The notes: a model not told the origin generated them from the letters alone. A stretch of DNA of 64,000 bases from Magallana gigas (GCF_963853765.1 NC_088855.1:34100001-34164000); one strand, 5' to 3'; shown: positions 38,624-52,992, counted from the stretch's first letter. Translations and numbers: made by a program.

Positions 38624-41451
38624 ATTTTCTGTAATAATAGAAGTTTACACTGTATTCTTTTACATACTCTGTCTTCCAGTATTTATTACACAAAAATAAT
38701 TGACGACATCGTCACCTTAGAAACACGTCTCAAGTTCAATGTTATTATAATATATAATCAATATATTTTTATATAAAATGTCTAGCATTTGGCATTGCTT
38801 TGGATTCAAGTTTGATTACATAATCTATTTGAATTGTTATATGAAACCATATTATATGTAAATTAATAGGTTCTTGAAAAAGGAGATAATCCGGTTCTGT
38901 CTGCCGTCGGCGCAATGGCTAAACAATCATTATCGCATGTTTTTCTGAGACTAAGTTTCAGTTTTGATCAGTTTTAAAGTATGTGACTGTATAGAGAGAA
39001 GAACAATGTATTATACTTTATGTTTACATTCACTGTGTATTTCCTCCATATCTTTGCACTGAAAATATGTTATGTTCAATCTTATTTTCATATACCTGCG
39101 GAATAGCGTACGTATATTATGACTTTATAATCACTTTCAATAGTTATTTCATACTCATTAACATTAAAATTAAAAGTAAATATATATAACAGAATTTTGC
39201 ATTATTTAATTCTTCTGCACAGCCTGGTTAGTTATAGGACCGACGATATCTAAAAATTTGCATTCAATGATTAAATATAAACTGTGGACTAATTTTTTGG
39301 CACTTCAATATCGGCAAATTGGGAGATAACTGTCTTCTGTTTTCGATGTTGTAAAACGTTGTACCTAACCTTATATTTCAAATCACAACTTATTTTTTGC
39401 TATTAGCTTTAATCAATTATAGGCAACAAAAAGTTTTCAAAATCCAGTATTTCAACCGGATTTAATTTGTATTTGCCAAGACCTGAGCTCTACTTTCACG
39501 TAGATATTAGTCATAGAAGAAATGCACATTTTTCGGATATTTTTAAAACCGTGTACAAGTTTAGCAAGGGTTTCTCCTGTCCATCAATGTATTTTGAAAA
39601 TAAAGAGAATTTAGAACACATAAAGACTATTATAGATATGCCTTGAAGAGCACTCAAGCGTTTGCGGGTGGATGGTCGTGGCTATTTTTGGACTATATGT
39701 ACCTTCTTTAGATGTTAGAAGAAGAGCTGAATATAGAGATATAGAAAAATGTTAATTTTTTTTATTTATTCTACACTAAATGCTAGGTTATGACCAAACA
39801 TATCACATTCAGTTTAAGGCATATCTGATTGGTAATTGGTGGACCACCCAGCCTCCTTAAAAACCAAATGGTTGCAGAGTGGACAACTATGGCCTCATTT
39901 TATTTTATTTTTTTCAGATGTTTAAAATATTTAATTTAAGTCTGCAGCTGCGCAGTTCTAAGTGAGTACAAAAGGCATTGCTCTGTTCTGTTTTGGTATG
40001 CGTAATTACCATACAAAACATATAAAACCTTATATCTATTGCTTTTTATCCTTTGACAAAAATTTTGGTCAGATTAGGGCAGAAACAAGTCAGTTAAAGA
40101 AATATTAACATTTTCGTACAAGATGGCCGTAAATCCTCCTTAAAGTATCTCACTCCACACGTTTTGATTTCATTGCACAGATGTTCTTTATATTTTAAAG
40201 GAATATAATTTTTTTAAATTTAAACCTGAAAGAAAGATCATCATTTCATAATTACACAACATTCATAAAGAAAATTCATTTGAATTCAAGAAACAAACAA
40301 GTTTGGGAGGGGGGGGGGGGGGGGACAATGTTCTCGTGCGAAAGTTTTTTTTTAGTCGAAAATGACAGAAACAAGCAATTTTATGAATTTTCAGTATACT
40401 TTCTTTTATTATACTTTATTTTATTATAATTTATTTATTATTCACATTTTTTAACATTTGATAGGTTTGTGACATGTTCTATAGGTCCTGTGTGACTTGT
40501 ACAAAACTAAATTTTGAGAGAGTGGTAGACGCATAAAATTATGCAAATATATAGAAAATATCTAAATTTTTTGGACCAAATTTTGCGAGAATTTTACCTT
40601 TGGAGCCATACATCTAAAATTTGACATCACTAACCCCCATGTTTCATTATGTCAAAATGATACTGAATACATATCAAGGCAAACTGGATTCATCTATAAA
40701 AATTTTAATATTCAAAATGTTTTAATTTCGAATCAAACTGTAACTATTATAGAAATTGTCTTTTTTAAATGCAAAAAGGTCATAAAAATTTATGCAGCTT
40801 ATTTCAAAAAATTTTCGTAATCCCTCTAGTCAGTGTGACCATTGTGAAACAACAAATCCTTTGGTATAAATATCCTAGATAACAATACATAAAACACCTC
40901 AAAAGGAATTTTTTCACGGGGGGATGTTTTAAAAAAATTACAAAATACAATATAAAATTATCTCTTTGTTTGACCAAATCATTCATTTTTAATGAAAATA
41001 TATATAAATGTAATACATACATTATTATAAAAAAAAATAACTTTAATTTGACAATTTTCAAAAAATGACCTTTAGTTAGGCGGCTAGACATTGCTATCGT
41101 TCGCAGTCCTTTCATAATTTTGGCAGAGGCTACCTTGCTCATAACTTGGTGCCTGCTTTGTCGACCGAATGTTCAGTACTGAAGAGGGTTTTGAGAAATA
41201 TGAATTGTCACTACATAACTACTTGAGCCCTATTGTTACATGTAACACCTGTTACTTTGTGCCATAAATTTCACGATTTTAGTAGAGCTCCCTCTTTAGT
41301 CACTAAATCCTAAAAATGGAAAAACCTCGTGACTTATCACAACATTCACACATGCACTCATTCATACATACAGCAATGCGTTCTATCAGCAATGCGCGCT
41401 GATGAACATTAAATAAATAAATTAATATGAACTGTGACACTTATAAACTTC

Positions 41452-41624
41452 ATGCGCTGATCTAGAGGGGGTTATGGGGTCCGGACCCCCCCCCCCCCCC
41501 CCCGTGCAAATTCAAACTTCTTTAGATTTAAATTATAAAATTACCAAAAATATGCCTCAGACCCCCCTGGAAAACTCAAAACGTCGGACCCTTTCTCAGG
41601 AATAATTTCCTGGATCCGCGCATG
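41452..41624. mobile_element. 173-bp MITE with CATGCGCGGATC-type TIR and 5-bp TSD (aactt)
   Basis: aactt|catgcgctgatc ... gatccgcgcatg|aactt. Confidence 0.88.
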
Positions 41625-41639
41625 AACTTGGTGACACAG

Positions 41640-42560
41640 TTTACACCCTCATATGCAACCTTTAAATATAAAAAGGTGCTTAGGGTCCCCCTATATGGTG
41701 CTGAATATTTTGAAAGTAACGAAAGCTATCTCGAACTAGAATGAAACCTTCCAGGACAGAGGTCTTTGCAGATTACTGCGCATCTGCTGTCGAACACCAT
41801 CTTCAATGAAGAGTTATACACCAGACAAAGTAAGTAAGTATGATAATAATGTTCATGAAACCTTCTACCAAAATTATAAAATTCATGGCCCCTGGGTAAG
41901 AGGTTCAGATTCAAGGGTGGGGCCAATATGGCCATTTAGAAAAATGTAATAATTCTTATAAAAAATCTTCTTCTCTACTCTCATATAAATTGATAAGTTC
42001 TTTACCTAAATTGTGAAATTCATTTTTCTTGGGTCAAAGGGTCAGGTCGTAAAGACGGATGGGGAATAGGCAATATGGCTATATAGTGTTAATGCATATA
42101 ATTCTCTACTCTCCACATCTGTAAAAAATACTGACTTCATAATTATGTTAACCTGGAAGTCCTCTACCAAAATTGTAAATTTCATATCCTCTGGAGTATG
42201 GGTTTTGACTCTAGGGTGGGGTTAAAATAAATGTGTAGTATTTATGCATTTAATGTTTTTAAAAAACTATATTCTCTTCTTCCATACACCTCTAAGTAAA
42301 ATTAAATTCGTAATTTTGTAGACCAGGAAGCTCTCTACCAAATAATTATAAATTTTGGGTCCCCTAATTTAAGGGTTCTGACTCTAGGGCGGGGATATAA
42401 TCATGTAGTGTTGATGCATTTAATATTTTAAAAATCGTCTTCTTTACTTCTGCTGATACTGAATAAAACCTGACTGATATAAAGAAAGAAAATAAAGCAA
42501 TCTATCTAAATTTTAAGTCTCCCAATGTAGGGATTTGAGTCCAAGACGGGACCAAAACAC
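41640..42560. mobile_element. Degenerate HINE core-repeat array, related to the core at 10075-10615
   Basis: Repeated ctctaccaaaattgtaaatttcat..ccctgg..t..gggtt.tgactctaggg.gggg and tcttctctactc motifs. Confidence 0.6.
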
Positions 42561-42700
42561 TCATTTGGGGTTCTTAAAGCTGACATGAATTCATAAATAC
42601 GCATTATTTTCCTTTTATCTCTGACTACCGCCGTATTAGTTGTCGATTTCTATTGTTCTGCTCATTGCTACACACCCCCTATATATAAGGCCGAGAGCAC

Positions 42701-42869
42701 CATGCGCGGATCCAGAATTTTTTTCCAGGGGGTGTCCGAAGGATAATTGTGTTTGCCAGGGGGGGTCCGAGGCATATTTTCGCGATAATTTTACTATGTA
42801 AATTTAATAAATTTTCATTTTCCAGGGGGGGTCGGGACCCCCCCGTTCCCCCCTCTAGATCCGCGCATG
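42701..42869. mobile_element. 169-bp MITE of the same family in opposite orientation, 5-bp TSD (agcac)
   Basis: agcac|catgcgcggatc ... gatccgcgcatg|agcac. The interior is approximately the reverse complement of 41452-41624. Confidence 0.9.
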
Positions 42870-45800
42870 AGCACTATTCATGCTTCACCGCATTCAGGTA
42901 TTTCATGCACCCAAACACGTTAACTTGGACGAAAAGACGTGTAGAAACGCGTTTTGAACAAAAATAATATGAATATCCAATGAACGACGAAACAAGACTG
43001 ACTGAAATCCAGACACAGCAACTTCAAAAATCCTCGATAATTGTAGACTGTTTTCCTGTGTATGTTATAGCATCGCGCATGCGTAAACCACACACTATGG
43101 CAGATCGGGCAATGTCAATGATCGCATGGTTTTTAGAAACAGAGCGTTTTTGTAGAAACCGATGAAAATGATGTTACGTTATTACTTTCTTGGATTAACT
43201 ATCATCTAGTTACTGTGTTGGATGTAGTGATGCCGGGGATTTCAAAAAGATGCAGGCGTTATGCACTCTGTATGAACGACACACGTGTTCGATGTGCATG
43301 CGAAGTATGGCAACAATTTCCGTGCACAATGATACGGATACCTTGGATTTTTTTAAAGAATAAATATATTTTGTATTTTATTTATTGTTCTTTCCTTTTA
43401 TATTTTTCATTACAAACATTTTACTATAATGTGTAGTTTATGCATTTAGAAGCCTGTGCAACTTTAATGTCTCGATCAGAAAGCAACGGACCGTAATTTT
43501 CTCGCCCGGTATAAATACCCCAGTAGCAGTAGAGGAGCGATCGAAACAAATATGGCGACCAAATGCTTTTATGAATTCATGGCAGCTTTAATGCAGGGTC
43601 TGGCTAAAATTGTCATTTAGTGTTAATTTCTATAATGTTTAAACAATGTCTACTGACACAGAATAAAAACTGAATGCTTATTTAGATAAGAACATTAAGC
43701 CGTCATCTTTAATAATATTTCATGCCACCTGGGTTATGGCTGAGAAGAGGGGATACTTTATTTTGTCTTAATATTTTATTCTGCCCAGGAATTTCAGTGA
43801 AAGAAATGAGTAAATTCACATATCTAGAAAAGAAAAAAAACAAAGTTCTTCATAATGGAGTAATCTTCCTTGCTGGTTCATATTTAGTAATTAATCATTA
43901 AATATAGTGTAATTAAGAAATTGTATGATATCAAAAAGTATTTTTATCATTTTAAACTAACAGTTTTTGAGCTTTCTGAATAAAAAAAAATGAATTGTTA
44001 GTAGTAAAGTAATAAGTGGCTAACCAAAATCACCGATAAGCAGTACATGTAAAATGATTTTCGTCTAAATGCTAGATGGTAAAGTTTGAATATGGAAAAG
44101 TTTGAATAGGAAAAGTGAGTAAAACAAAAAAGCTTTTTACAGCTGTTTTTTTTTTTTGGGGGGGGGGTGTGGAGGTTGTTTTAGGTTTTTTTTGGTTGGT
44201 TAAACGCTTACAAAGAGTTTCTGTCTACCCGTGGGAATGGGGGATGGTAGGTTGTTTTGAATAGAACATGTATTCCAGCCGCCTTGTTTTAGTTTTATCT
44301 CTGAAACCATATAAACATACAACCTGTCTTGAAAATTACTTTCTATATGAGTCTTGCAGCTTTTCGATGTTAGGTCGTGCACTCTGTTATGATCTTTTTC
44401 ACTAAAATTATAGGTTTTATAGTCCTTTTTTAAAGATTTCAGGGAGATGGTCATCATTACAGTATTTTAAATTTTCTACTCCAGGATGAAACTTATTGAA
44501 ATGCCTCTATGAGACTCGAAAAGTTTATATATGGGCTACGGTACTCAGGTGACTGATAATATGTGCCTCCACCACTGTGTGTGTATGTTTGTTGGTTGGG
44601 GGTGTAAGGACATTGGGAATTTATAATGCCGCCACCTATATATGCTACACAACAAATTTGATTGAGATACGCATATTTATTTTTAACACAGAAGAAACTA
44701 AGAAAGTTAAAATGTAAATCCTCGGTAGAGCCAGATAGTGATATATATGTTACCTGAAGGTGACCTAAAATAAAGTCGGTGAAAAGCATCCAAATTTCGT
44801 TTGTTGACGTTTTTGTTAACTATGATTCAATTAGGTTGAAAACAACGGGCAAGTCAATTTAAAAGGATGGTCTACGTATATATTCATTTGTTATCGGCAA
44901 TATTGGCTGGCTGTCACTCAAGTGCTTTGGGGGCATAAGTCGCTGGAAATATTGACAGTTGTAATATGATATTATTTTAATTAATGAACTGAACAACAAA
45001 CTCAATTCAAATTAGTTTACACTTGCATTCGGATAAGCATGTACAAAATGAAGACACATCAAATAGCATTCAAGGCTTTATTAAAAATAAGAGTTTTTTA
45101 TAAACAATATCTCAAAGCAAAATTAATTTCAGTGTTTTTTATAAAACGCCTTCTGCGAGGAAAATTAATATTGGCAGTCGTCAATACATCAGTTTAATGT
45201 TGTTTAATTTCAATGATATTTACTTGTTTAATTCAAAAGTGTAAGTGATTGGCTCTATAGGCCTTAGGGCCTTAACCGGTACTCGAGTTTAATAAAGTGT
45301 ATTCGAGTTTAATAAAGTCCCATTTTATTTTCACCGGGTGAATATCGTGCATATTTATTACTTAATTGGTCTGGTATTGGCTGTCTGTAAAGTTGAAGTT
45401 TATAAAAGGGGAGTTTGACTCAATGCTGAAAATTATATATAAAATTGCTTTACTTGACAACATGTCCTATAAAGCTCCACGATGTACAAATGTATGCTTT
45501 GATAATTCATGAAGTTAACCTCCCGTGTATCGTCTGGTAGTTTTAAAAAGGTTTTTTTAAAAATATGAATCGATTCAAAATTCGAGGGGAATTTAGATCA
45601 GTATGGAACATCTGATCAACGAACTATTAAAAAGCAATACATTTCAGTCCATAGATTCCATAGATTACCGATTGTACATGTACATATATACGACGAAAAC
45701 TTTTTACATATACATATACGATAGCGAAAATTTTGTTGTGCAGATAGACAAAATATATAACGGTCCTCGATCTGAGTAAAAAATAATGTCCTGAATAAAA

Positions 45801-45959
45801 AAAAATGACATGCAAGTTAAAATAAATTCACAATGAGGATGATAGTTGTATGTTTTGAAACAAAAAGTAGATGAGGTTTATTGAAGCACTGTATCAAAAA
45901 TGACCGCTATTACAACATACCTGTAACACACGATGCTTAAAACAAAATAGCATATAGAA

Positions 45960-46166
45960 AACTCAGCTTGAAAAAGAATTTTACTGGTTTATTCAACCAG
46001 TGTAAACAAAAAACGGGACACGAGCCTTGTTTGCATAACAAAGAATTGTGTGCTCTTAATTGCTTATAACTCTACGATTGACACTCAAACTTTGGTTGAT
46101 CATTAGAAATGCTTAATAAAGAATTACGAACAACAAAAATTTGACCAAAATCGTGACATTATCCAT
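45960..46166. mobile_element. Same MITE family, one-arm fragment (copy 3)
   Basis: gagccttgtttgcataacaaagaattgtg...gacactcaaactttggttgatcattagaaatgc...aatttgaccaaaatcgtgac matches the terminal arm of copies 1 and 2. Confidence 0.7.
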
Positions 46167-46199
46167 TTAAGAGCTGGCGTACAAATACATACCAAATAT

Positions 46200-46200
<1 letters not shown>

Positions 46201-46268
<68 letters not shown>
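46201..46268. repeat. (CT)34 microsatellite followed by a 29-bp tandem duplication (46269-46326)
   Basis: Read directly from the sequence; atatatattacatgtgtctacgtttactt occurs twice. Confidence 0.97.
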
Positions 46269-46276
<8 letters not shown>

Positions 46277-49200
46277 TACATGTGTCTACGTTTACTTATA
46301 TATATTACATGTGTCTACGTTTACTTGCGTAATGAAACAGCAATTTAATCTTTTTCTAAGGGAATCCACACAAAGTGTGTATGTTTGGTGTTCAACCTAA
46401 TGTGATACACTGATTTTTAGGTTTAAAGGTTGATTGAATTGCATAACAATTCTAAAAGTAACAAGTCATAGCTGAAGCACTTTTTGTTCTTTAGATATTT
46501 ACATGTGCTTAGAAATTTGATGCGCAAATGTTTTTAGGAAAGCCAGACAGTAATTTTTTTCTAATCTTGTGCTATTCTCCAAGTTGTTTCCGCTGCCTGC
46601 TCGACGCTGATCGTAACAAAGAGTTAGTGATCAGTCTAATTTCCTGGAAATGTAAGAACTTCCATCAGAAAAACAGTTGGAAGTTTTCAATATATATTTA
46701 TAAGTCATCATCAGCTCATTTAATTGAGCAGGAATATCCTTTTTCATTGAAGTTAAACATATTTGCATAGTCTTTTGTAAAGTTGGTAATATAAAATGCC
46801 ACGTGTGATGTGATTTTAATGGTAAATCGACCATCAACCGAATTACAAATCTGAAGAAAAATAGGTCTTTTCAAATGTGTGTGGGGATTTACGTCTGTAC
46901 TCTGTGCTAGGATAAATTGGCTATAACGCGGAATATTAAAGACATTGAATTAGAAAAGCACTAGATGGAATCATATGTTATGGTCCTTAGAAACGTCTAT
47001 GTGGGTTTTCTTACTTTAATGAAAAAGAAAAACCCAAATCTAGGATTGCTTTAGCAATATTAAAAGTATCTGTGTTGACTTACTAAATTTTACACCAAAA
47101 CATGTAAAATAACGCATAGTTTTCATTTGAAAGTTCAATATAAAAAAAATTAAAGTAAAATGTAATATGCAATCGAGTCATTTTCTAGGCAATAAGCTTG
47201 CGCACTTTTTTATTTAATCATTTCAAGGTATTTTTGTGATTTTATTGGCAACTAGCTAGCTAGCACAAATTATGTATATCTTACTTTAACTAGATTTTTT
47301 CTTCGTTATTTTCTAAATTACTCTTATGAAATTATTAGATAGCAATGTATTCATTAGGTAAAACAAAAATGATGCAAAAATAAATGTATACTTTTAATTT
47401 TAAAATGAATTTACTGTATTTGAAAAAGTGCAATTTATTTCAAATATTAACATGAATTATATTTTATAGTAAATAAAATAGAAATAATTTTTCATATATC
47501 AACAAACTTAAACTTTGACCCTTAGACCACATGTTAAATTCTGCTACATAAATAGTAATATGAGCAATATTGTACACACATAATTGTTAATATCTTTTAT
47601 CTATATTAATTTATCCTCCGTAATAAGATTTTTTTCATTATTAAATCTAAATGACGTGCGACTTATTATTTCATATTGGCGTTTTCTAACTAAGTCATCA
47701 CTTTGTAAATTAAACAGAATTATAGGTTCGGGAAATTTTGGATGAAGATTAAAACTAAAGCTCAGGACATTCACTTCACAGACAGCAAGAAATGTTAGAA
47801 TGATGCTTGTTGATGTCAGTTTACAACCAGTTAATGATTGCAGTCTTTCGGCTTAACTGAAACCAGAACATTTTATGATATTTAGCGGGCATCTCTTTGA
47901 AATGCATGGAGACGTAAAAAGCAACGACGAGGCAGGGAATTTGTTAGAATTAAAAATAAATATCATTACCAATAGCTGTACAGAAAAGAACATACTTATT
48001 CTGAGGTCGAGGTGATCACATATGCCTATCTCTTTTTATCAGTAGGCAGTGGTCTCTTGTTCAAACTTTACTTAACAAATTTTCCTCTCTTCAAACAATA
48101 TTTAATGAAAAGATATTAAATAATTAAGGTTTTTTTTTTTAAAAACACAATCCCAATTTTTTTTTTTTAATGGTAAGTCTGTTTAGTACGCTGTCCTTCA
48201 CACATTAATCGTCTTTATAGACGAATCTGATGCCCATCTTCCGTGTTTCTTCCTAACATTACTCGTTCACATTCGAATTTGCTGCTGTTTTAGCATCTTC
48301 TGATCGCAAGGAATATAAACTAATATTAACGTTTCCTGTAATGGATTTCAGTTTTTATAATATGCACTCTCTTGTTCGTTAGTAACTAAGTTTTTTTATT
48401 ATTGTAAATTGTGCTTTGACAAAAAATGAACAGAATATAACGTTGCAACATTTTTTTTGGACAAACCGAAGTAACACCTTCCGAAATTGGAATTTCGTTT
48501 TCTTGTCTATGTTGATTGGTTTTGCTTTTGTTGATGACATTTTTGACGTATCCATCAATGAATGTGATATCCAAACAAATAGTGAACTTCATCATAGCGT
48601 AAAAATCTCCCCAAGAAAGAAGAATTGTGCATAAATCCCGCACTTCCCAAAAATAGATATTTTCTGCATAAATATTACACAAAAAAATTAGATCATTGGT
48701 CGTGAAGACTTCTTTTTTTTTGTTAAGTTTAGCCTTTTTGTTACGTTAGTAAGCTTCTACAATGTACAATTACATTTACAACGAAGGAGTGTTCTGTTGG
48801 ATTTTCGTGCCCTATAATTAAATGCGCACACTTGATGGCGTACACAGCATTGGAAATAACGTGAACAGAACATCTAATATTTAACAAATGTGTCAATACA
48901 GCCTAGGGGGACGTGTGTTGAATTGGCTGGAATGGCTGGTTTGTTCGTTAGAAAATGGCCATCTGTTAATTGGCGACATATATTTTTGCTGTTTTTTTCT
49001 TCTAGATTTCACCATATATTCAAATGTTTTCCTTCTAGAGCTGCATTGTCCGATATTGATATATCGATGCCTGTTAAAAGTAAATTATCTTGTACTTTAT
49101 GTTAAACGTTTAGCTCTGATGAAATGCTGTTGAAGGCCATTTCTAGTTCTCCTTCGCTTAGACTAGCGTTGGTTTTTATCAATTTTTCTGTAACGCCAGT

Positions 49201-49569
49201 GATAAATTTGTACTGCTATTCGTTTATCTTCCTCTTCTAAACGAATGTTTAGTCATTTGCTGCTTTATTCTTAGGCAACTGTAACACGTGCTGCTGTCTT
49301 TGTTCTTCATATATCTTTTGCTTAAATGTGAGAATCTTTGTAAGAACCCATCGTTAGATGTCGCCATGCTGTCAGCCAAAAAAAAAACCCACTAAAGCTT
49401 CGTATGCTGCGTTACACTGGCTAGAATGACCTTTACTATTAAACACCTTATATACTAGCCTTTCTATGGCTTCGTACGCAAATGCATTCGAACACGTTAC
49501 TTTCATAGAACGTTTTCCCACTAATCTTTGCAGAAAAAGTAAATTATTTTATCATCTTTGGTGATAATT

Positions 49570-50160
49570 ATGTCTACATGCAAGATAACTACATGTATGT
49601 CTACTTGCAAGATAGTTATGTTGACACGCAAGTAACAAATCTTTAAAGAGAATCTGATTTTTATATGGGTGAAATTACTTACTAATGCCTGACTCTGACA
49701 TCATAGATGCAAGATGCAACATATTTATTTCAACATACGAGTAAATTATGTTTATATGCAAGATATTTATGTTGACGTGCGATTTAATTATGTCGGCATG
49801 CGAATTATTTATGTTTAACATAATTAATTCGCATGTTAACACATGTAAGTCGCATGTCAACATAACTATTTCGCATGTTGACATACATTTCTTGCATGTT
49901 AGCATAATTAACTTGCATGTTCACTCAAATAAGTTGCACATCAAGAAGAATAAGTCACATGCTGTCATTATTATACTGCATCTTGCATATCTCTGATGTC
50001 AAATACGGGGTAAGTAAGTGATTTTACCCATATAAAAATCCGATTTCTTAAAAGATTTGTAACTTGCATGTCAACATAATTATCTTGCATATGCATGTAG
50101 ACATAATTATCTTGTATGTTGACATTATTTTCTTGCATGTTATCATAATTAATATTACAT
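49570..50160. mobile_element. Fold-back MITE built from approximately 21-bp atgt.gacataattatcttgc units in both orientations, with TIRs of about 100 bp
   Basis: caagtaacaaatctttaaagagaatctgatttttatatgggtgaaattacttac (49629) is inverted at gtaagtgattttacccatataaaaatccgatttcttaaaagatttgtaacttg (ending 50066). Central palindrome at 49797-49835. Confidence 0.75.
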
Positions 50161-52294
50161 GTGGGGGGGGGGGGGTCAGAAATATGCCACTATACCTATC
50201 CCTCCAATTAAAAATGAAATTTCAAAATTATACTATAAATGGCATAAAATTACAACTGCTATTGAAACTATATTAAAACTTATCAAAATAAGTTGACCAT
50301 TAATGATACATTTTTGAATTGTGTCTTTTATTAATTTTCAATCTAAAGTTGAAAATGATTACATGACAAATTAAGATTAAAAGTTTTAAAATTTCTTAAT
50401 TAGAATGATTTTAAAGTTTAACCACAATAATTAATTACTTAAGAAAAATAGAACTAAAGTTACCTAGATAGATTAAAAGAAGGCAGGAATAAAGCAAACG
50501 TCCGGCTGGTTTTATTCAATGATGAAAAGTGACCAGCCGGGACGCGCAACCTGTTTGAATCAAATTTCTAAGATGTCCTTTTTAACCAATCAAAATGATT
50601 CTGGAGATATTGGTTGTCAAAAAAAGAGAATTAGATTACAAAAGAACATTTGGTCAATGCGTGTCCACTTAATCTATAAGTCTTTGTGACGCAACTAATT
50701 AAACAACACTTGGCCAGGTAAATAATTCTAGGGGCATCGTTAATCCCGTAACAAAGAACTTATCACTCATGGACTAAATCAAATGGATGCTATAAAAACA
50801 TTTACAACAAAATTACCTCAAAAATCTTGTGAAGCCCACGTTCGAAAAACTTTTATCAGAAGAACAAAGAAACCTTAAGTTTGGCATACCCGATAAAATA
50901 AAGTTGACATGTGCAATAAATAAAATGACACCTCAGAGTAACCAGACAAAAGCTAAAATAAAATACATAAAAATTTCTGAACGTTTTTTTCTTAAAGCAC
51001 CAAAATCATTAAATTCTGTAATAGTTAAATTTATCATAAAATATATTTCAAAGAAATGAAATTTTAATTGTTTGAATTACTAAATTTAAATACCTATTTC
51101 AGAGATGAATAAGTATATTGAAAAACTGTAAGTTTTTCTCCACGACAATTGTATTAATGGATGAACTTCAACCATTGATGATGCAATCGTAAAAGAAAAA
51201 TAGCTGTGATGATAATATGCATATTTGCAGCCTCTCTTGACTATTTCTAAAAAGGTATAAAAAAGATAATTCAAAATTTTTTAAAAAGGGGTTGAAGTAT
51301 ACGCAGCTCTTGTTTTGAGTAATGAGGGCACATTCTAGATAGACAGTTCACGTCAAGAAAAAAAAGAAGTAAATAAATAAGAAAAGGTTTCAGTTTTATT
51401 CTTGTAGATAAAAAAATGTATCCCTGACATATGCATTATTAAATTTCATGTACCATTGCTCTTAAGATTTTTTTTCTATTACATTATTAATACCAGCATG
51501 GCTCTGCCTTCTTTCCGTCATCTTTGTTCTGTTAGTTTCTACAAGAGAAGTGGTGCAGTTGTTCTGTTCAGAGCACTTGCTTCTTTATTTATCTCGTTGT
51601 TTAGGTGCAACAAAGTTTGTACTTGCTCTGTAAACAAAAGAAGAACAAAGAGTTCTAGTTTTTGCCAAAGGACACACAGGAATGCCCAGTTAAATTATAC
51701 AAATATATACTATTTATATGTGAAGTTCTTGATATCTTAATTATTCATACCATTATAGTGACATTAATGTATTTATTATGTATTTCAGAAATTCCCTCAA
51801 TAAATCAACATCGGCTGAGCGAATATAGAGATCAAACAACCAGTCTAATGAAAAACCTTCTATTCTTAAAATTTTTATAGGTTTATCAAAATTATTGTTT
51901 GCAAATGTCAGTGTTTAATGAAAGACTCTAGGCATCGGTTATGAATTCGTCTGTTTTTCTGCCAGTGTGTTTTGTTTTGAAGACATATTTTAGATATTGT
52001 TTTTTGGGGGAGAAACATTGCTGAAATGATCAAGAAAATCGACACTGCATATCAATATACATATGTTATAAAACAAGTGTTTTACAGCCTTCATAAAATA
52101 TGTTTTCAAATTGAATGAAACAGCTTTAATTTATTAAATTTCACTATATTTACTAATCAAATGAAATTTAATTACAGTTAATAAACATTATTTTATGAAT
52201 GATGTTATCGTATAGGTAAACGATGAACCACTGTTATCGCATTTTACAGTTTCTTGGTAAAACGCATTAAACCATTAGAAAATAAAATGTTTGA

Positions 52295-52992
52295 TAAGAG
52301 AAAAGCTGTCAATTTGAGAGCAAACTGGTTTTTCTTTTGTGTGAACAGTATTCATAATCCATTTGTCAACCCTGATATGATAAACAATACCTATCCAGAG
52401 AAATTGGTATTCTATATGAAATATTTTGCCTAATATGACTACGTTTAACAGTTACATGTAGTATTTTTCATTAGTTATCAAATTCAAAATCCAAGTATTA
52501 TGCACATCTCTAACATATATCCAATTGATCTGCAAAACAGCAACTGTCTACATTTAAAACAGTCGGAAGATTTGTCCATTCAAAAGGGGTAAGCTATATG
52601 CAATGTTTTGCTAAAAAAAAATGACTAAATTATCAAAATCAAAATCCAAGTAATATGCACATCTTTGATATATGTCAAATTGATCTGCAAGACATTATCA
52701 TCTGATTTTGAAAACTATAGGAGGAGTTATCCGAGCAATAGGGGTACCATATATGCAATATAATGGCCAATAAATTTTAAACAGCTTGTATTTTTGTCAT
52801 GAATTATCAAAATTCAAAACTTAAATAAAATGCACAACTCTGATCTGCAAAACAACAACAGTTACTTCATATCTTGAAATCTGTAGGAGGAGTTATCCGT
52901 ACAGTAGGGGTTCCCTTCTGTCTGGCAGCAGCCCGCCCGCCATTTTCATTATTTCAATAACCGGAATTTTCCTTTGGAAAACCCAGTCAAAA
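52295..52992 (-). mobile_element. HINE (GGGC-microsatellite family) with several core repeats
   Basis: Reverse complement of 17678-18034 at both ends (aaaagctgtc...; gcagcccgcccgcc...ataaccgg...ggaaaaccc), with repeated ccaagta.tatgcacatct. Confidence 0.78.

Noticed and set aside
44200-44457. 85-aa protein-like ORF on the - strand
   Set aside because: It abuts a HINE fragment, and I recognise no family or flanking splice sites.
50499-50544. Small hairpin cgtccggctggt/accagccgggacg (a similar one lies at 59520-59575)
   Set aside because: The stems are short enough to be chance or TE remnants, and have no supporting context.
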